DNA from: a virus | Virus record (IMG/VR): IMGVR_UViG_3300050505_000164 | Span: 1-41,487 of that record | Strand: one strand, 5' to 3' | Length of the DNA: 41,487 nucleotides | Shown: piece after piece, positions 1 through 9,210 of the stretch | How positions within the stretch are numbered: the stretch's first letter is position 1 | Layout of the letters: each line of letters opens with the position of its first letter | Made by a program: the position numbers and the translations under genes | The notes under the pieces: generated by a model | Told to the model about the DNA's origin: nothing | Databases searched by the model: none | The model's input: the letters and a program-made list of their open reading frames with translations, nothing else

Positions 1-127
1 CACCGAGAAACGAATTCGCTGCGTGATCGAAAATCCCCTGTATTTCTATCCCCGCGCCGGCGCTCGCACGATGGGCGACAAAGCCTGGATGGTCATGGCG
101 GAACGCTACAGCCTGGATGAAATTTAT
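1..127. repeat. Terminal direct repeat, copy 1 (identical to 41361..41487)
   Basis: Read directly: caccgagaaacgaattcgct...gcctggatgaaatttat occurs at both window ends, 127/127 identical. Confidence 0.97.
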
Positions 128-1393
128 TCCCGATGGGGCATCGAAGCGAAAGCCGACAGCGAATATCCGGATGGCTGGAACACGACCAACGAAAACGCGC
201 TGAACTTCTTCTATCAGGGCTATTCGAATGCCAACCTGAGCGGTAAAGACGGCGCAATGGTCATCCGGGCTTATTGCGAACCCGGCAAGGTGAAGGATTT
301 TCCCGAAGGGTTCTATGCGATCTATGTAAACGGGGAATGCAAGAAAGCTTCCACGTGGAACTTTCTTGAGGATCCGTTCACGAAGGCGGACTACAAGACC
401 ATCCCGACGCTAATCCTGCCACGTTCGGTGGCGTTCGATCTTGGCGCCATCCAGAAAGAGAAATCGGATTTCTGGTCGATCTTTAAGCTGCACGCCCTTA
501 CCACCGCAGTGGATCCCTGGATCATCGATGAAGACGCCCAGGTGTCGCAGATCACCGGCCGCGGCGACAAGGTCATTAAATACCGGAAGCTCAGTCCGGA
601 CACCCAGGCCCCCCATCACGCTTCGGCCGGCCACTTGGATGAAGCGCTCTATCGACTCGACGACAAGATCGACAAAGAGTTCGACAATATCGGTCAGACC
701 GTCAGTGTGTTCCGCGGGGAGCAGCCAGGTGCGGTGACGGCCGGCAACGCCTTACAGACGCTCCGATCCCAGGCCGAGTTCATGTTCTCTGGACCGGTCC
801 AGTCCTGGAACAACTGCTGGAAGGAAACTGTTCGTAAGGCCGTGAAGAACATGCAGCGATTCTTCACGACGGATCAACTCGCCGAAATCATTGGTCCCGA
901 CAAAGAAACCGAGCTGCAGGCATTTCTCAACTGCAACCTCGACGAAGCGGTGGAATGGATCGCATCCCGCACTGGTCTACCACGAACGCGTGATGAACGC
1001 CGTCAGGAAATGATGACCCTCTACGACCAGGGCGCCCTTGATATCAACGATCCGGCCGTCAAGCAGAAGCTCTTTGAACTGTTTGGTGACACCGGCATGA
1101 TGTCGGCGTTCAACAAGGATGCGACTCGCGCACGAACCGAAAACAGCGCGATCAAGAGCGGCGGTGAGCCGCTCTTTATGCCAGAGATCGAGGATCTCGC
1201 GACGCATTACGGCATCCATTCCGATCAGATCAAATCTCAGGATTTCCTGAAGTGGGATCCGGTTGCACAGCAGAAATTGTTGCAGCACGCGATCGAAACC
1301 AAAGACGCTCTCGCGGCACTGAATGCCCCGCCGCCCGTTCCTGTTTCTGAACCTAAACCCGCGGCAGTGCCGCAACCTGGAGGACCCCAATGA
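2..1393 (+). CDS. Portal protein, C-terminal part (continuation of 40636..41487 across the circular junction)
   Basis: The frame of ORF 23..1393 is open back to nt 2. It is the same frame as the ORF that runs off the 3' end, joined through the 127-nt overlap, giving about 705 aa. A large protein between the terminase block and scaffold/capsid. The call rests on size, position and general sequence character. Confidence 0.75.
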   Translation, partial: TEKRIRCVIENPLYFYPRAGARTMGDKAWMVMAERYSLDEIYSRWGIEAKADSEYPDGWNTTNENALNFFYQGYSNANLSGKDGAMVIRAYCEPGKVKDFPEGFYAIYVNGECKKASTWNFLEDPFTKADYKTIPTLILPRSVAFDLGAIQKEKSDFWSIFKLHALTTAVDPWIIDEDAQVSQITGRGDKVIKYRKLSPDTQAPHHASAGHLDEALYRLDDKIDKEFDNIGQTVSVFRGEQPGAVTAGNALQTLRSQAEFMFSGPVQSWNNCWKETVRKAVKNMQRFFTTDQLAEIIGPDKETELQAFLNCNLDEAVEWIASRTGLPRTRDERRQEMMTLYDQGALDINDPAVKQKLFELFGDTGMMSAFNKDATRARTENSAIKSGGEPLFMPEIEDLATHYGIHSDQIKSQDFLKWDPVAQQKLLQHAIETKDALAALNAPPPVPVSEPKPAAVPQPGGPQ

Positions 1394-1860
1394 AACTTCG
1401 TTTTGGCTTTATCGTCGCGCTCTTTGTGGCGGTATTCGGCTCCATTCTCTTGCATCAGAACGCCGAGCAACCGTTCTTTCACAGTGATTCGCTGTTTGAG
1501 ACGCCGATGTTTGCGCAAACCAATCCCATTCCGTCACAGGTGCCGGTATTCGGCGCAGCGGTGATCACGGGATCGGGAACGTCGGCTGGTTTGGCAGCTC
1601 CAACGTCTCCTCTTCGCTATTACATCAATCAGGCGCATTGCGTGAACGTGTCGGCATCCACCGTCGTTGCGGGTGGCATTATTGACGGCAACGGATCCAC
1701 GCCGAAGTTCTGGATCCCATGCCCTGCTGCGGGTGCAGCGTCGCAGCCCATCAAGTTCGATCCAGCGTTGACGATCTCGGCCGGGAGTCAGGTCGCGTTT
1801 GCAACAGGGACCGCTGTCCAGCAGGTCTTCATCTGGGTCACGGGATACCGGGCGCGCTGA
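1390..1860 (+). CDS. Hypothetical secreted or membrane-anchored protein
   Basis: ATGA overlap with the portal stop. N-terminal hydrophobic signal/anchor MKLRFGFIVALFVAVFGSILL. Gly/Ala/Thr-rich C-terminal domain ending ...VFIWVTGYRAR. Confidence 0.75.
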   Translation: MKLRFGFIVALFVAVFGSILLHQNAEQPFFHSDSLFETPMFAQTNPIPSQVPVFGAAVITGSGTSAGLAAPTSPLRYYINQAHCVNVSASTVVAGGIIDGNGSTPKFWIPCPAAGAASQPIKFDPALTISAGSQVAFATGTAVQQVFIWVTGYRAR

Positions 1861-1886
1861 TTGGTTTTTAGAGAAAGGCGACCATC

Positions 1887-2693
1887 ATGAAAAGGCTTTC
1901 CATCGCGGCGGCTTGTCTGATCGCCGTTCTCATCGCTCCTTCGTTTGCTCAGGCGCAAGCGACGACCCGTATTCCGGACTGTAACTTTCCGTTCGTCCTG
2001 ACGTCCGTAACGACAAGCGGGTTATACGATAACCGTTCGGCGGGTTGTACGGAGTGGACGCTGACCTACACCACGTACGGTTGGACCGCTCCGACGTTTC
2101 AAATCGTCGATGCACCGAACAACAGTAATGGTCGAGGAACGGCGGTCGCGTTTGAAGGGTCCGTCCTGAACGGTGTCACGCAACCGGTGTCGGGCGGTTC
2201 CTCCGGAATGATAAGCGTGTTCGGGTATTACCCGTTCATGGGCGTCAGTGTCATCAGTAAATCCGGGACCGGAGCCTTACAGGGGACGCTGTACGGGTTT
2301 CGCAATGATGCGAATCCGGGATCACTGAACGGGGTAACCTCAGTAACGTATGCCGGAACTTCGAGCGCTTCCGGTGCTCAGGTTGTGGCGACACTGCCGG
2401 CGGTCGCAGGCCAATTCCATTACATCACGGCCATTGTCATTACGCGGACCTGCACAACCGCGATTTCCGGCACGGCTACGCTGGCGATCACCACGACGAA
2501 TTTACCGGGGTCGATGTCCTGGCTTGTCGGGAATGCCTGTGTGGTCGGGGCAACTACCTACGACGTGAATCAGCAGTTCAATCTGGCACCGATCAAGTCA
2601 TCGGCCGCAGGAACGGCGACCACGATCACGTTTCCAGCCCCAGGCACGGCTGGATTTACCCGTATCAACGTCTGGTACTACACCGGGCCATGA
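1887..2693 (+). CDS. Hypothetical secreted protein (Sec-type signal peptide)
   Basis: N-terminus MKRLSIAAACLIAVLIAPSFAQA-QA has n/h/c regions and an AXA site. Purine-rich stretch agagaaagg lies upstream of the ATG. Confidence 0.8.
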   Translation: MKRLSIAAACLIAVLIAPSFAQAQATTRIPDCNFPFVLTSVTTSGLYDNRSAGCTEWTLTYTTYGWTAPTFQIVDAPNNSNGRGTAVAFEGSVLNGVTQPVSGGSSGMISVFGYYPFMGVSVISKSGTGALQGTLYGFRNDANPGSLNGVTSVTYAGTSSASGAQVVATLPAVAGQFHYITAIVITRTCTTAISGTATLAITTTNLPGSMSWLVGNACVVGATTYDVNQQFNLAPIKSSAAGTATTITFPAPGTAGFTRINVWYYTGP

Positions 2694-3016
2694 CGAAACG
2701 AGAACAGGAAAGTCATCTGGGTTTCGTCATGAAGATTTCGCTTGTCCTCGCCGCAATGATGTCGAGCGGTCTGTTCGTCTTAGCCCTGCAAACCGCTGGA
2801 GAGCAAACGCGTGGGGGGCAAAACATCTATGTGACCCAGGAGGCCCACGACGCGGTACAGGATCAGCGATTGGCGGCTGTCGAGGGGCTCAGTAAAGCCA
2901 CGGCGGAGATGACGGTCGCCATTAACGACAAGATGACCTATATTCTCGGCGGGCTGGGTGGATTCGGCGCGCTTTTGGCTTTCCTTCAGGTCTATCAGAT
3001 TCGTAAAAAGCAATGA
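2690..3016 (+). CDS. Membrane protein with two hydrophobic segments, lysis-cassette component (holin or spanin-like candidate)
   Basis: ATGA overlaps at both ends. Hydrophobic segments are ISLVLAAMMSSGLFVLAL and ILGGLGGFGALLAFLQV. It lies immediately upstream of the lysozyme. Confidence 0.6.
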   Translation: MTKREQESHLGFVMKISLVLAAMMSSGLFVLALQTAGEQTRGGQNIYVTQEAHDAVQDQRLAAVEGLSKATAEMTVAINDKMTYILGGLGGFGALLAFLQVYQIRKKQ

Positions 3017-3426
3017 ACTACCGGACGCTTCGGGAAATGCTAATCATCGACGAAGGCATACGATTGAAGCCCTACAAGGACAGTGTTGGAAAAACCAGCA
3101 TCGGCATCGGGCGCAATCTCGATGATGTGGGTATCACCAAAGACGAAGCAACTTTCCTTCTGGATAACGATATCAAAGCGGCGATCGAGTCACTCGATAC
3201 CATTCTGCCCTGGTGGAGAGGCATGTCGGAAGTCCGGCAACACGTCATCGTGAATATGTGCTTCAACCTCGGAATTTCGAAGCTAATGGGGTTCAAGTTG
3301 GCACTCGAAGCGATGGAAGCCGGCGACTATGAAACCGCTGCCAATCAGATGACCAATTCAGCCTGGTTCAATCAAGTCGGAGCACGGGCCATCCGGCTCG
3401 TGTCGCTGATGAGGAACGGAAAATGA
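3013..3426 (+). CDS. Endolysin, T4-type lysozyme (glycoside hydrolase family 24)
   Basis: N-terminal motif IIDEGIRLKPYKDSVGKTSIGIGRN matches the T4 lysozyme catalytic Glu-8aa-Asp-5aa-Thr arrangement. Size is 137 aa. Confidence 0.92.
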   Translation: MNYRTLREMLIIDEGIRLKPYKDSVGKTSIGIGRNLDDVGITKDEATFLLDNDIKAAIESLDTILPWWRGMSEVRQHVIVNMCFNLGISKLMGFKLALEAMEAGDYETAANQMTNSAWFNQVGARAIRLVSLMRNGK

Positions 3427-3677
3427 ACGAACTCGTGATGGTGGTCACTCAGCATCCGAAACCTTTTATCGAACTCTTGGCAGCTTACTGGGTGTTCTCT
3501 GCCTTTGTGTCCAGTATGCCGGTCCCGGATCCTGGTGCCGTGGATTTTCGCAGAAACGTGATCTACCAATCGGTGTTTACGTTCTTCCATACCCTGTCGG
3601 GAAGTCTTAAAACGGCGGTCAATGATCCGCGATTGCAAACCCTTATCGCGAAGAAAAACGGCAATACGGAGAAGTAG
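3423..3677 (+). CDS. Holin-like small membrane protein
   Basis: ATGA overlap with the lysozyme stop. 84 aa with two hydrophobic stretches (FIELLAAYWVFSAFVSSM, VIYQSVFTFFHTL) and a charged C-terminus. Confidence 0.6.
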   Translation: MNELVMVVTQHPKPFIELLAAYWVFSAFVSSMPVPDPGAVDFRRNVIYQSVFTFFHTLSGSLKTAVNDPRLQTLIAKKNGNTEK

Positions 3678-3679
3678 CC

Positions 3680-3943
3680 ATGAACGCCTTGGCGAAGTTG
3701 CTCGCGTTCCTACAGCTCGGCATTGGCACGTATCAAACGGTGAGGCAAATGGAGTCGGCGCATTCTGAAGCCAAATCCGGGCCTGCCAAACTTGACCTGG
3801 TCGTTGACACTCTTGGGGTTGCCTCTCAGGCCGTTCCGGAGATCGCGCAGCACGTCACTCAGAAAGACGCTGAAGGCTTCGCGGCAAATCTGACGCCATT
3901 GATTGTCGGTGTGTTGAACACCTCAGGAGTTTTCAAGAAGTAG
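3680..3943 (+). CDS. Hypothetical small protein, last gene of the lysis block
   Basis: 87-aa ORF starting 3 nt after the previous stop, with an amphipathic N-terminus MNALAKLLAFLQLGIG. It is followed by a terminator. Confidence 0.6.
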   Translation: MNALAKLLAFLQLGIGTYQTVRQMESAHSEAKSGPAKLDLVVDTLGVASQAVPEIAQHVTQKDAEGFAANLTPLIVGVLNTSGVFKK

Positions 3944-3972
3944 ATTTTCCACCGTCCTTGGCTTTGCGATTC

Positions 3973-4002
3973 AACCCGCCGGACCTCCACGGCGGGTTTT
4001 CT
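3973..4002 (+). terminator. Rho-independent terminator
   Basis: AACCCGCC (3973-3980) pairs with GGCGGGTT (3991-3998) around a 10-nt loop, followed by TTTTCT. It sits 30 nt after a stop codon. Confidence 0.8.
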
Positions 4003-4019
4003 ATTGGAAGGAGTTTTTA

Positions 4020-4955
4020 ATGAAAGATTTCATTCCGGGCGTATCGGCTGATGTCCCTGCGGTTTCGCCAACCGCGCCCGGAGCCCATTTTTCGGGAGTC
4101 TCGCGTCACCTGGGAATCTATTTCGATCCCCGGGCTGCTGCTCCCGCGGCAGATCCACCGGCTGCCCCGCCAGCGGCCACACCACCGGCTGATCCTCCCG
4201 CCCCGCCAGCGGATGGTAGTGCTGCGCCCTCACCAGGCGCTCCTCCTGTCGAGTCGCCCAATGTCAAGCAACTCCGGGAGCAGTACGAAGCTCTGAAGAC
4301 GAAACTCGAACCATGGGAGAAGCTGAACGCCGATCCGAAGGCTGTCGCGACGCATCACCAGATCATTTCCAAGATGCGGACCGAAGCCGTCGAACTCGGT
4401 GAACAGCTCGGCTATGACAAAGCCGAGATCGAAGAATTTTTCGGTCAGGATCCCGTCGCGATTCTGAATCATCTTCGACAGAAGGCCGCATCGGCCGAAC
4501 AAACACCCCTCAAGCCTGGTGATCTTAAAAAGCAACTCGACAAGATGGTCGAGGACCGCTTGAAACCGATCACGGAACGCGAAAACCAGCGCTTGGACAA
4601 GGAAGCGGTGTTCCGGTTCGATACCGAATTCGACCGACTGTACAAGGAAACCTTTAAAGATGGCCTTCCCGACGAATGCCGCGAAGCGATCTACGACATG
4701 GCCGGCCAATTGATGGGCGACGATGCGAAAGCGATCGAGCGTCTGAAATTCCAAGGTCAGGTTGCGGATGTGAAGCGGTACTTCCAGGATGCGCAAGGGC
4801 GCTTCCTGAAGGTTGTGAATGCCTATCTTGCTCATGAACGGAAACGCACGGGTGGAGAACCTCTTCCGCCGCCTGGCGCGCCGGCAGCTTCCAAATCACG
4901 TCTTGATATGAAGCTGTCGACGGGACAGACGGTGAAGGAACTCTTCAACATCTAA
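4020..4955 (+). CDS. Scaffolding protein (putative)
   Basis: Strong SD (GGAAGGAG) upstream. 311 aa with a Pro/Ala-rich N-terminus, then a long charged helical region. It lies directly upstream of the capsid gene. Call is by position and composition. Confidence 0.65.
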   Translation: MKDFIPGVSADVPAVSPTAPGAHFSGVSRHLGIYFDPRAAAPAADPPAAPPAATPPADPPAPPADGSAAPSPGAPPVESPNVKQLREQYEALKTKLEPWEKLNADPKAVATHHQIISKMRTEAVELGEQLGYDKAEIEEFFGQDPVAILNHLRQKAASAEQTPLKPGDLKKQLDKMVEDRLKPITERENQRLDKEAVFRFDTEFDRLYKETFKDGLPDECREAIYDMAGQLMGDDAKAIERLKFQGQVADVKRYFQDAQGRFLKVVNAYLAHERKRTGGEPLPPPGAPAASKSRLDMKLSTGQTVKELFNI

Positions 4956-4977
4956 ACGTTTGCCGTTAGAGGTTCAC

Positions 4978-6387
4978 ATGTATCCGAAACGATCTCTCTG
5001 GGCCAGTCTCTTCAATGTCTCGATGGGATTGATGGCCCTGTGTGCTGTCATCTACAGTCTGCTCTACCGCACGAGTTCGGCTGTCGTCCTGGCGATGGGC
5101 GTGGACTCGACGACCTACCTCGCGGATGCCAAAAACATCTATGGGGCGATTCAGGAACAAGTCTCGACACTCGCCGCGTTTATGAACCTGCTGGAAAAAG
5201 GTCCGATGAACGAACCCATTTCGAACATCGGGATCCGCGGTTACACCTTCCTCGCGCGTCTGGCTCCGAACTGGAATATGGGGTATCGCCTGGAAGGAAC
5301 GACCGGTGTGGGAACGGCCGGCAATACGGGATTGGCACAAGCGACTGTTTCTCTGAAGTATGCCTACGTGCCAATCACGATCACCGGTCAGGCCGAAAAT
5401 CTCACCAAGGGAAACGAGAAAGCGTTCATGCAGGCGAAGGCCCTCGAGGCCAAGTTCGACATGAAAGACATCGTCTCCCACGTCAACGTGGTGATGGTCG
5501 GTGCGGAACGCGGTGGCCAGCTCGCCCAGGTCGCGGCTTCTCCGGCGCCAGGCGCGGGAACATTTACGGCGGATGCTACAGGAAACCTTCCTGGCGCTCT
5601 GTTCCTTCGCGTCGGTCAGCCGATCGACACGAACGCCGTTGGCGGCGGCACCCTAACCGTCAGCAATAGCGCGATCACCGCAATCAACTACAACACGGCG
5701 GCGGTGACTCATACCACGGGTACGGCCAACTCTGGTGAAGCGGTCACGCTCGCCGGTGAAGCTTCATTGACCACTGGCAATTTCCCCTATACCGCGGAAG
5801 GTCTGGTTTCGCTCGTGGCCGATACGGGATCCCGTCAGGGGCTGAACCCAGCGACCGCGGCACAGGCCTCGTGGGCATCGTTCCTTCAGGACGTTGGTGG
5901 CGTGGATCTCTCTTCGCAGCTGATCCACGAACAGATCACGTTCACGAAGAACCGTTCTGGAGAGGATCCGGATATCGGTATCTTCCCGTCCGCGCAGATC
6001 AACCGGCTTGTGGGAATCGCGACCCAGACGTTGCGCTTCGACGTGAATGCCGCAGGCGGCAGCGTCGGCAAGAAAGCCAACGATCTCGGTTTTGCGACGT
6101 TCACTTATGCTGGCCGGACGATCGCGGAAGACAAGGACTGTCGACCCGATCGCACCTATTGGGGCAAATCCTCAATGATGCGGAAGTTCGAAGCCATTCC
6201 GTTATCCCTGGCCGATGACGAAGCGGGTTCCTGGACGCGCATCATCGGTGCTTCGGGTATCGCGGATGCGACGGCAGGATTGTTGCGCTGGTACCACCAG
6301 CTCGGCGTTATGCAGCGTTCCGCCTGGTCGGTGTACAAGAACTTCACGGTACCGCCGGCCTTCCTGACTCAACCGCCGACGCTGTAA
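4978..6387 (+). CDS. Major capsid protein (putative HK97-fold)
   Basis: About 470-aa ORF right after the scaffold-like gene and followed by a strong terminator. GAGG lies 6-9 nt upstream of ATG 4978. Alternative start is ATG 5095. Call is by position, size and composition. Confidence 0.75.
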   Translation: MYPKRSLWASLFNVSMGLMALCAVIYSLLYRTSSAVVLAMGVDSTTYLADAKNIYGAIQEQVSTLAAFMNLLEKGPMNEPISNIGIRGYTFLARLAPNWNMGYRLEGTTGVGTAGNTGLAQATVSLKYAYVPITITGQAENLTKGNEKAFMQAKALEAKFDMKDIVSHVNVVMVGAERGGQLAQVAASPAPGAGTFTADATGNLPGALFLRVGQPIDTNAVGGGTLTVSNSAITAINYNTAAVTHTTGTANSGEAVTLAGEASLTTGNFPYTAEGLVSLVADTGSRQGLNPATAAQASWASFLQDVGGVDLSSQLIHEQITFTKNRSGEDPDIGIFPSAQINRLVGIATQTLRFDVNAAGGSVGKKANDLGFATFTYAGRTIAEDKDCRPDRTYWGKSSMMRKFEAIPLSLADDEAGSWTRIIGASGIADATAGLLRWYHQLGVMQRSAWSVYKNFTVPPAFLTQPPTL

Positions 6388-6407
6388 AGCTCGGCTAACG
6401 TTCAACC

Positions 6408-6442
6408 AAATGGCGGCTCTTTATGGGCCGCCATTTTCATTT
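6408..6442 (+). terminator. Rho-independent terminator after the capsid gene
   Basis: AAATGGCGGC (6408-6417) pairs perfectly with GCCGCCATTT (6427-6436) around a 9-nt loop, followed by a T-rich tail TTCATTT. Confidence 0.85.
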
Positions 6443-6455
6443 GGAGAAACAGAAA

Positions 6456-6692
6456 ATGCATTACAAGAACGGACGCCCCGCGAAGAACGGGGACAAGGTC
6501 GTGCTCATACCGAGTTATGGACCTCCTGTCATTGGCATCCTATACGATGCTCAAGCCGGCAACGATTTCTGCAATGGTCGTATCGCACGATTGCATACCA
6601 GCGATCCACAGCCCAACCTGAAAGAGGTTCTCCATCTGGACGACGTGCTCAGGGCCTTGCCGAAAGAAGTGCCAGATAGCTCGAAGCTCTGA
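6456..6692 (+). CDS. Hypothetical small protein
   Basis: ATG 6456 is preceded by GGAG (6443-6446). The annotated ORF start 6423 lies inside the terminator stem, so the internal ATG is preferred. Confidence 0.6.
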   Translation: MHYKNGRPAKNGDKVVLIPSYGPPVIGILYDAQAGNDFCNGRIARLHTSDPQPNLKEVLHLDDVLRALPKEVPDSSKL

Positions 6693-7369
6693 TGTTTTAC
6701 GACGATTTCGAAACCCACGCGCTGATCTCAATTCATGACCGCGTCCTGGGTACAGCCCTGATGGACGTCGACGAAGTAGCGAAGCTTGAAGCCAGGATCC
6801 GTGATCGTAAGGAAATGGTGCGCTACGGCGTCCTACGCTGCCCGAGTTGGTTCCAGGAGGAGTTGAACCGTCTCGACTCCAAAATGCGAGCGTGGTGGGA
6901 CTCCTGGGAAGAGAAATGGGTATTGGATCGACTTCAGGACGAAGGCTATTACCTGACAGTGATCCAGTTCAGGCCGAACGGTCAATTTCAACTCGATCGC
7001 AGCCTGCTCGAGGCGCTGAAAGCGTCCGACATGCAAAAGTACTCCCCGGGAGAATATCTGGCACGGAAACGCGAAGCTGCCGAAGAGATCAAAAAGAAAA
7101 ACGACCAGGCGGCCACCGATAAGGTCATGGCAGCCGTTGATTCTTTGTCGTCCAAACAGATCAAAAACTTCATCGCCGTCGAAGAGGCCATTCGATCCGG
7201 CGAGACGATCACCGCTCATGGCCAGGACGCAAAATTCCTCGAGCATGCGAAGCAGGAAACCCAGGCCGCGCTGGCCCGCGGTGAGCAGCTCGACAATCCC
7301 GCAGCATGCTTGAATCCCGGCATGCACCCCCGTACTTACAAACGTCGACCCCGAAAGGAACTGCAATGA
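6692..7369 (+). CDS. Hypothetical protein (virion-module)
   Basis: TGATG overlap with the upstream stop. 225-aa charged/helical ORF with no recognisable motif. Confidence 0.7.
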   Translation: MFYDDFETHALISIHDRVLGTALMDVDEVAKLEARIRDRKEMVRYGVLRCPSWFQEELNRLDSKMRAWWDSWEEKWVLDRLQDEGYYLTVIQFRPNGQFQLDRSLLEALKASDMQKYSPGEYLARKREAAEEIKKKNDQAATDKVMAAVDSLSSKQIKNFIAVEEAIRSGETITAHGQDAKFLEHAKQETQAALARGEQLDNPAACLNPGMHPRTYKRRPRKELQ

Positions 7370-7917
7370 TTTTTCTGTATCACGTGGATGATGAAAACGC
7401 CGAAGCCGTAATCGACGGCCGGCTGTTCGTCATTCCACCGAACGATCTTTTTGAAGTCCCGGAAATCCGGGGCACCGACACGAACAACAATGGACCGCAG
7501 GAATACATCATTCCCGACAGGATTGTGGCTCAGAAGCTGCTCGAGCACTGCTGGTATCACGGCGTGGTCCAGGTGCCGATGATCAAGACCAAGGGCGGCG
7601 TCAGCAGCGATATCGAATCGGCAAAGCGGGCCGCCCGAGAAGCCCTGAACAATGCACACGACATGATGCTGACCCGATATGTGCAGGATCAGCAGGAGCG
7701 CGTCACCCGGGAAAACAAGCCCGCGATTGCGCCTGGCGGCCGGCTGACGAATATCATCGAACGCCGCGGCATCGATCTGAAGAAGGAATTCAATATCGAT
7801 CCTCCGGGCTGGAAGTCGGACAAAATCCGTGATCGCGACGCGGAGTTTGCTGCCATGCAGAAGAAGATCGACGAACTCACTGCCTTAGTAACCTCACAGA
7901 AGGGGAAAAAGGACTGA
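7366..7917 (+). CDS. Hypothetical protein (virion-module)
   Basis: Internal ATG 7366 forms an ATGA overlap with the upstream stop. 183 aa. Confidence 0.7.
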   Translation: MIFLYHVDDENAEAVIDGRLFVIPPNDLFEVPEIRGTDTNNNGPQEYIIPDRIVAQKLLEHCWYHGVVQVPMIKTKGGVSSDIESAKRAAREALNNAHDMMLTRYVQDQQERVTRENKPAIAPGGRLTNIIERRGIDLKKEFNIDPPGWKSDKIRDRDAEFAAMQKKIDELTALVTSQKGKKD

Positions 7918-7918
7918 C

Positions 7919-8953
7919 GTGCTCGATACTCTCGTCAGCATGCGGGCAGACGTGACCGAGTGGCTCGGAGGTGAAAACCTCCGGGCTGCTCGGATCAATT
8001 CCGCGATCAACGATGCCATCGAATCCCTTTGGCAGTCGTTGATTCTGGCGGCGCTGAACATCTTCATGAATGGTCCCGTGACCATCAGCATTGCGGCCGG
8101 TGATGAGGGACTCAACATCGTTTCCATTGAAGATCCCACTTCTGCGCCAACAGCAACAGATGTGGCCGGCGGGTCGCTTGCCGCAACGTCCTATCAAATC
8201 GCGTACACCTATGTGACGGAGTCAGGATCAGAAACGTTATTGAGTCCAGTATTGGTTTACGGCCGTGGTGTGAATGCAACGGCGCAAGTGTCCATTCCAA
8301 TCACGACCATCGATGGAGCGATCGGTTGGAATCTCTACGTGGGAACCAGCACGAACAACCTGGCGAAACAGAACGATGAACCGATTCCGATTCTGACGGG
8401 AGTTGGGAATCCCGCACAACAGACTTACGATGAACCATCCACCGGCTTCGTGGTTCAGCCCGATGGACCGGCACCACCAACCGAGAACACCACCGGCGAT
8501 AATATTTTCTACATCCGCCACCTGGAATTTCAGACGTCTCAAGGTGGGTACCAAGCCTACAACGCTGCGGATCTCGATTCCGAAATGATGCGGCGGCTGT
8601 CGGCGACCACCGCCACTGCGAGTGAATATCAGCGCTATGCCTGGGATCTGATCAATCAGCGGCAACTGGAAATCCGGCCGGCCGCGGGAACGTCGTTCAT
8701 CCCGCGTTATTTCTTTATCCAGAAGCCCCGCCGATTGTTGTTCGATTCCAGTCCGTTGCCGTTTCCAACACTCCCATCGACGGAATTCATTAAGACGCAT
8801 TCTTTATCGGCCCTGTTTTTGAGTCTCCATGAATATGAAGCTTCCGCCGCCTGGGAAAAGAAATCCGATAAGGCGTTGCAGAAGGCGGTCCGGGCTATCT
8901 CGCAAATCAATACGAACCGGAATACGAGCGTCACGCCATACATGTATCGATGA
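7919..8953 (+). CDS. Virion structural protein (adaptor/tail candidate)
   Basis: GTG start 2 nt after the previous stop. 344 aa, downstream of capsid in the coupled late operon. No motif recognised. Confidence 0.7.
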   Translation: MLDTLVSMRADVTEWLGGENLRAARINSAINDAIESLWQSLILAALNIFMNGPVTISIAAGDEGLNIVSIEDPTSAPTATDVAGGSLAATSYQIAYTYVTESGSETLLSPVLVYGRGVNATAQVSIPITTIDGAIGWNLYVGTSTNNLAKQNDEPIPILTGVGNPAQQTYDEPSTGFVVQPDGPAPPTENTTGDNIFYIRHLEFQTSQGGYQAYNAADLDSEMMRRLSATTATASEYQRYAWDLINQRQLEIRPAAGTSFIPRYFFIQKPRRLLFDSSPLPFPTLPSTEFIKTHSLSALFLSLHEYEASAAWEKKSDKALQKAVRAISQINTNRNTSVTPYMYR

Positions 8954-9210
8954 GCAATCTCGTAGTGGAACTCAAAGCGTTCCTTTCGCCGGAAACGCGG
9001 GTCACTCTGTTCTTTGAAGGTAAGAACCCTGACGCTGAATGCCTCAAGAATTTGCGCGGTTACATCGACATGATGGAGATGTCCTTACTGGGATCGCGAA
9101 CCAGTAATTGCGAAAAGCATCCCTGGTCGTCGGTCTATACCAAAACTGGGGCTTGCCGAGCCTGCGTGCTCATCGAGGCGAAATCCAAAAAGAAACTGAG
9201 GGCTGTGTGA
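8950..9210 (+). CDS. Hypothetical small protein
   Basis: ATGA overlap upstream and GTGA overlap downstream. 86 aa. Confidence 0.65.
   Translation: MSNLVVELKAFLSPETRVTLFFEGKNPDAECLKNLRGYIDMMEMSLLGSRTSNCEKHPWSSVYTKTGACRACVLIEAKSKKKLRAV

Noticed and set aside
1-127. A genuine physical direct terminal repeat
   Set aside because: The repeat lies inside the portal coding sequence, and its length (127) equals a standard assembler k-mer. It is most simply a circularisation overlap.
4230-5669. ORFs 4230..4835 (-), 4966..5481 (-) and 5040..5669 (+, alternative frame)
   Set aside because: They overlap the scaffold and capsid genes. The products are Arg/Gly-rich and motif-less. The capsid/scaffold frames are the ones bounded by SD sequences and terminators.
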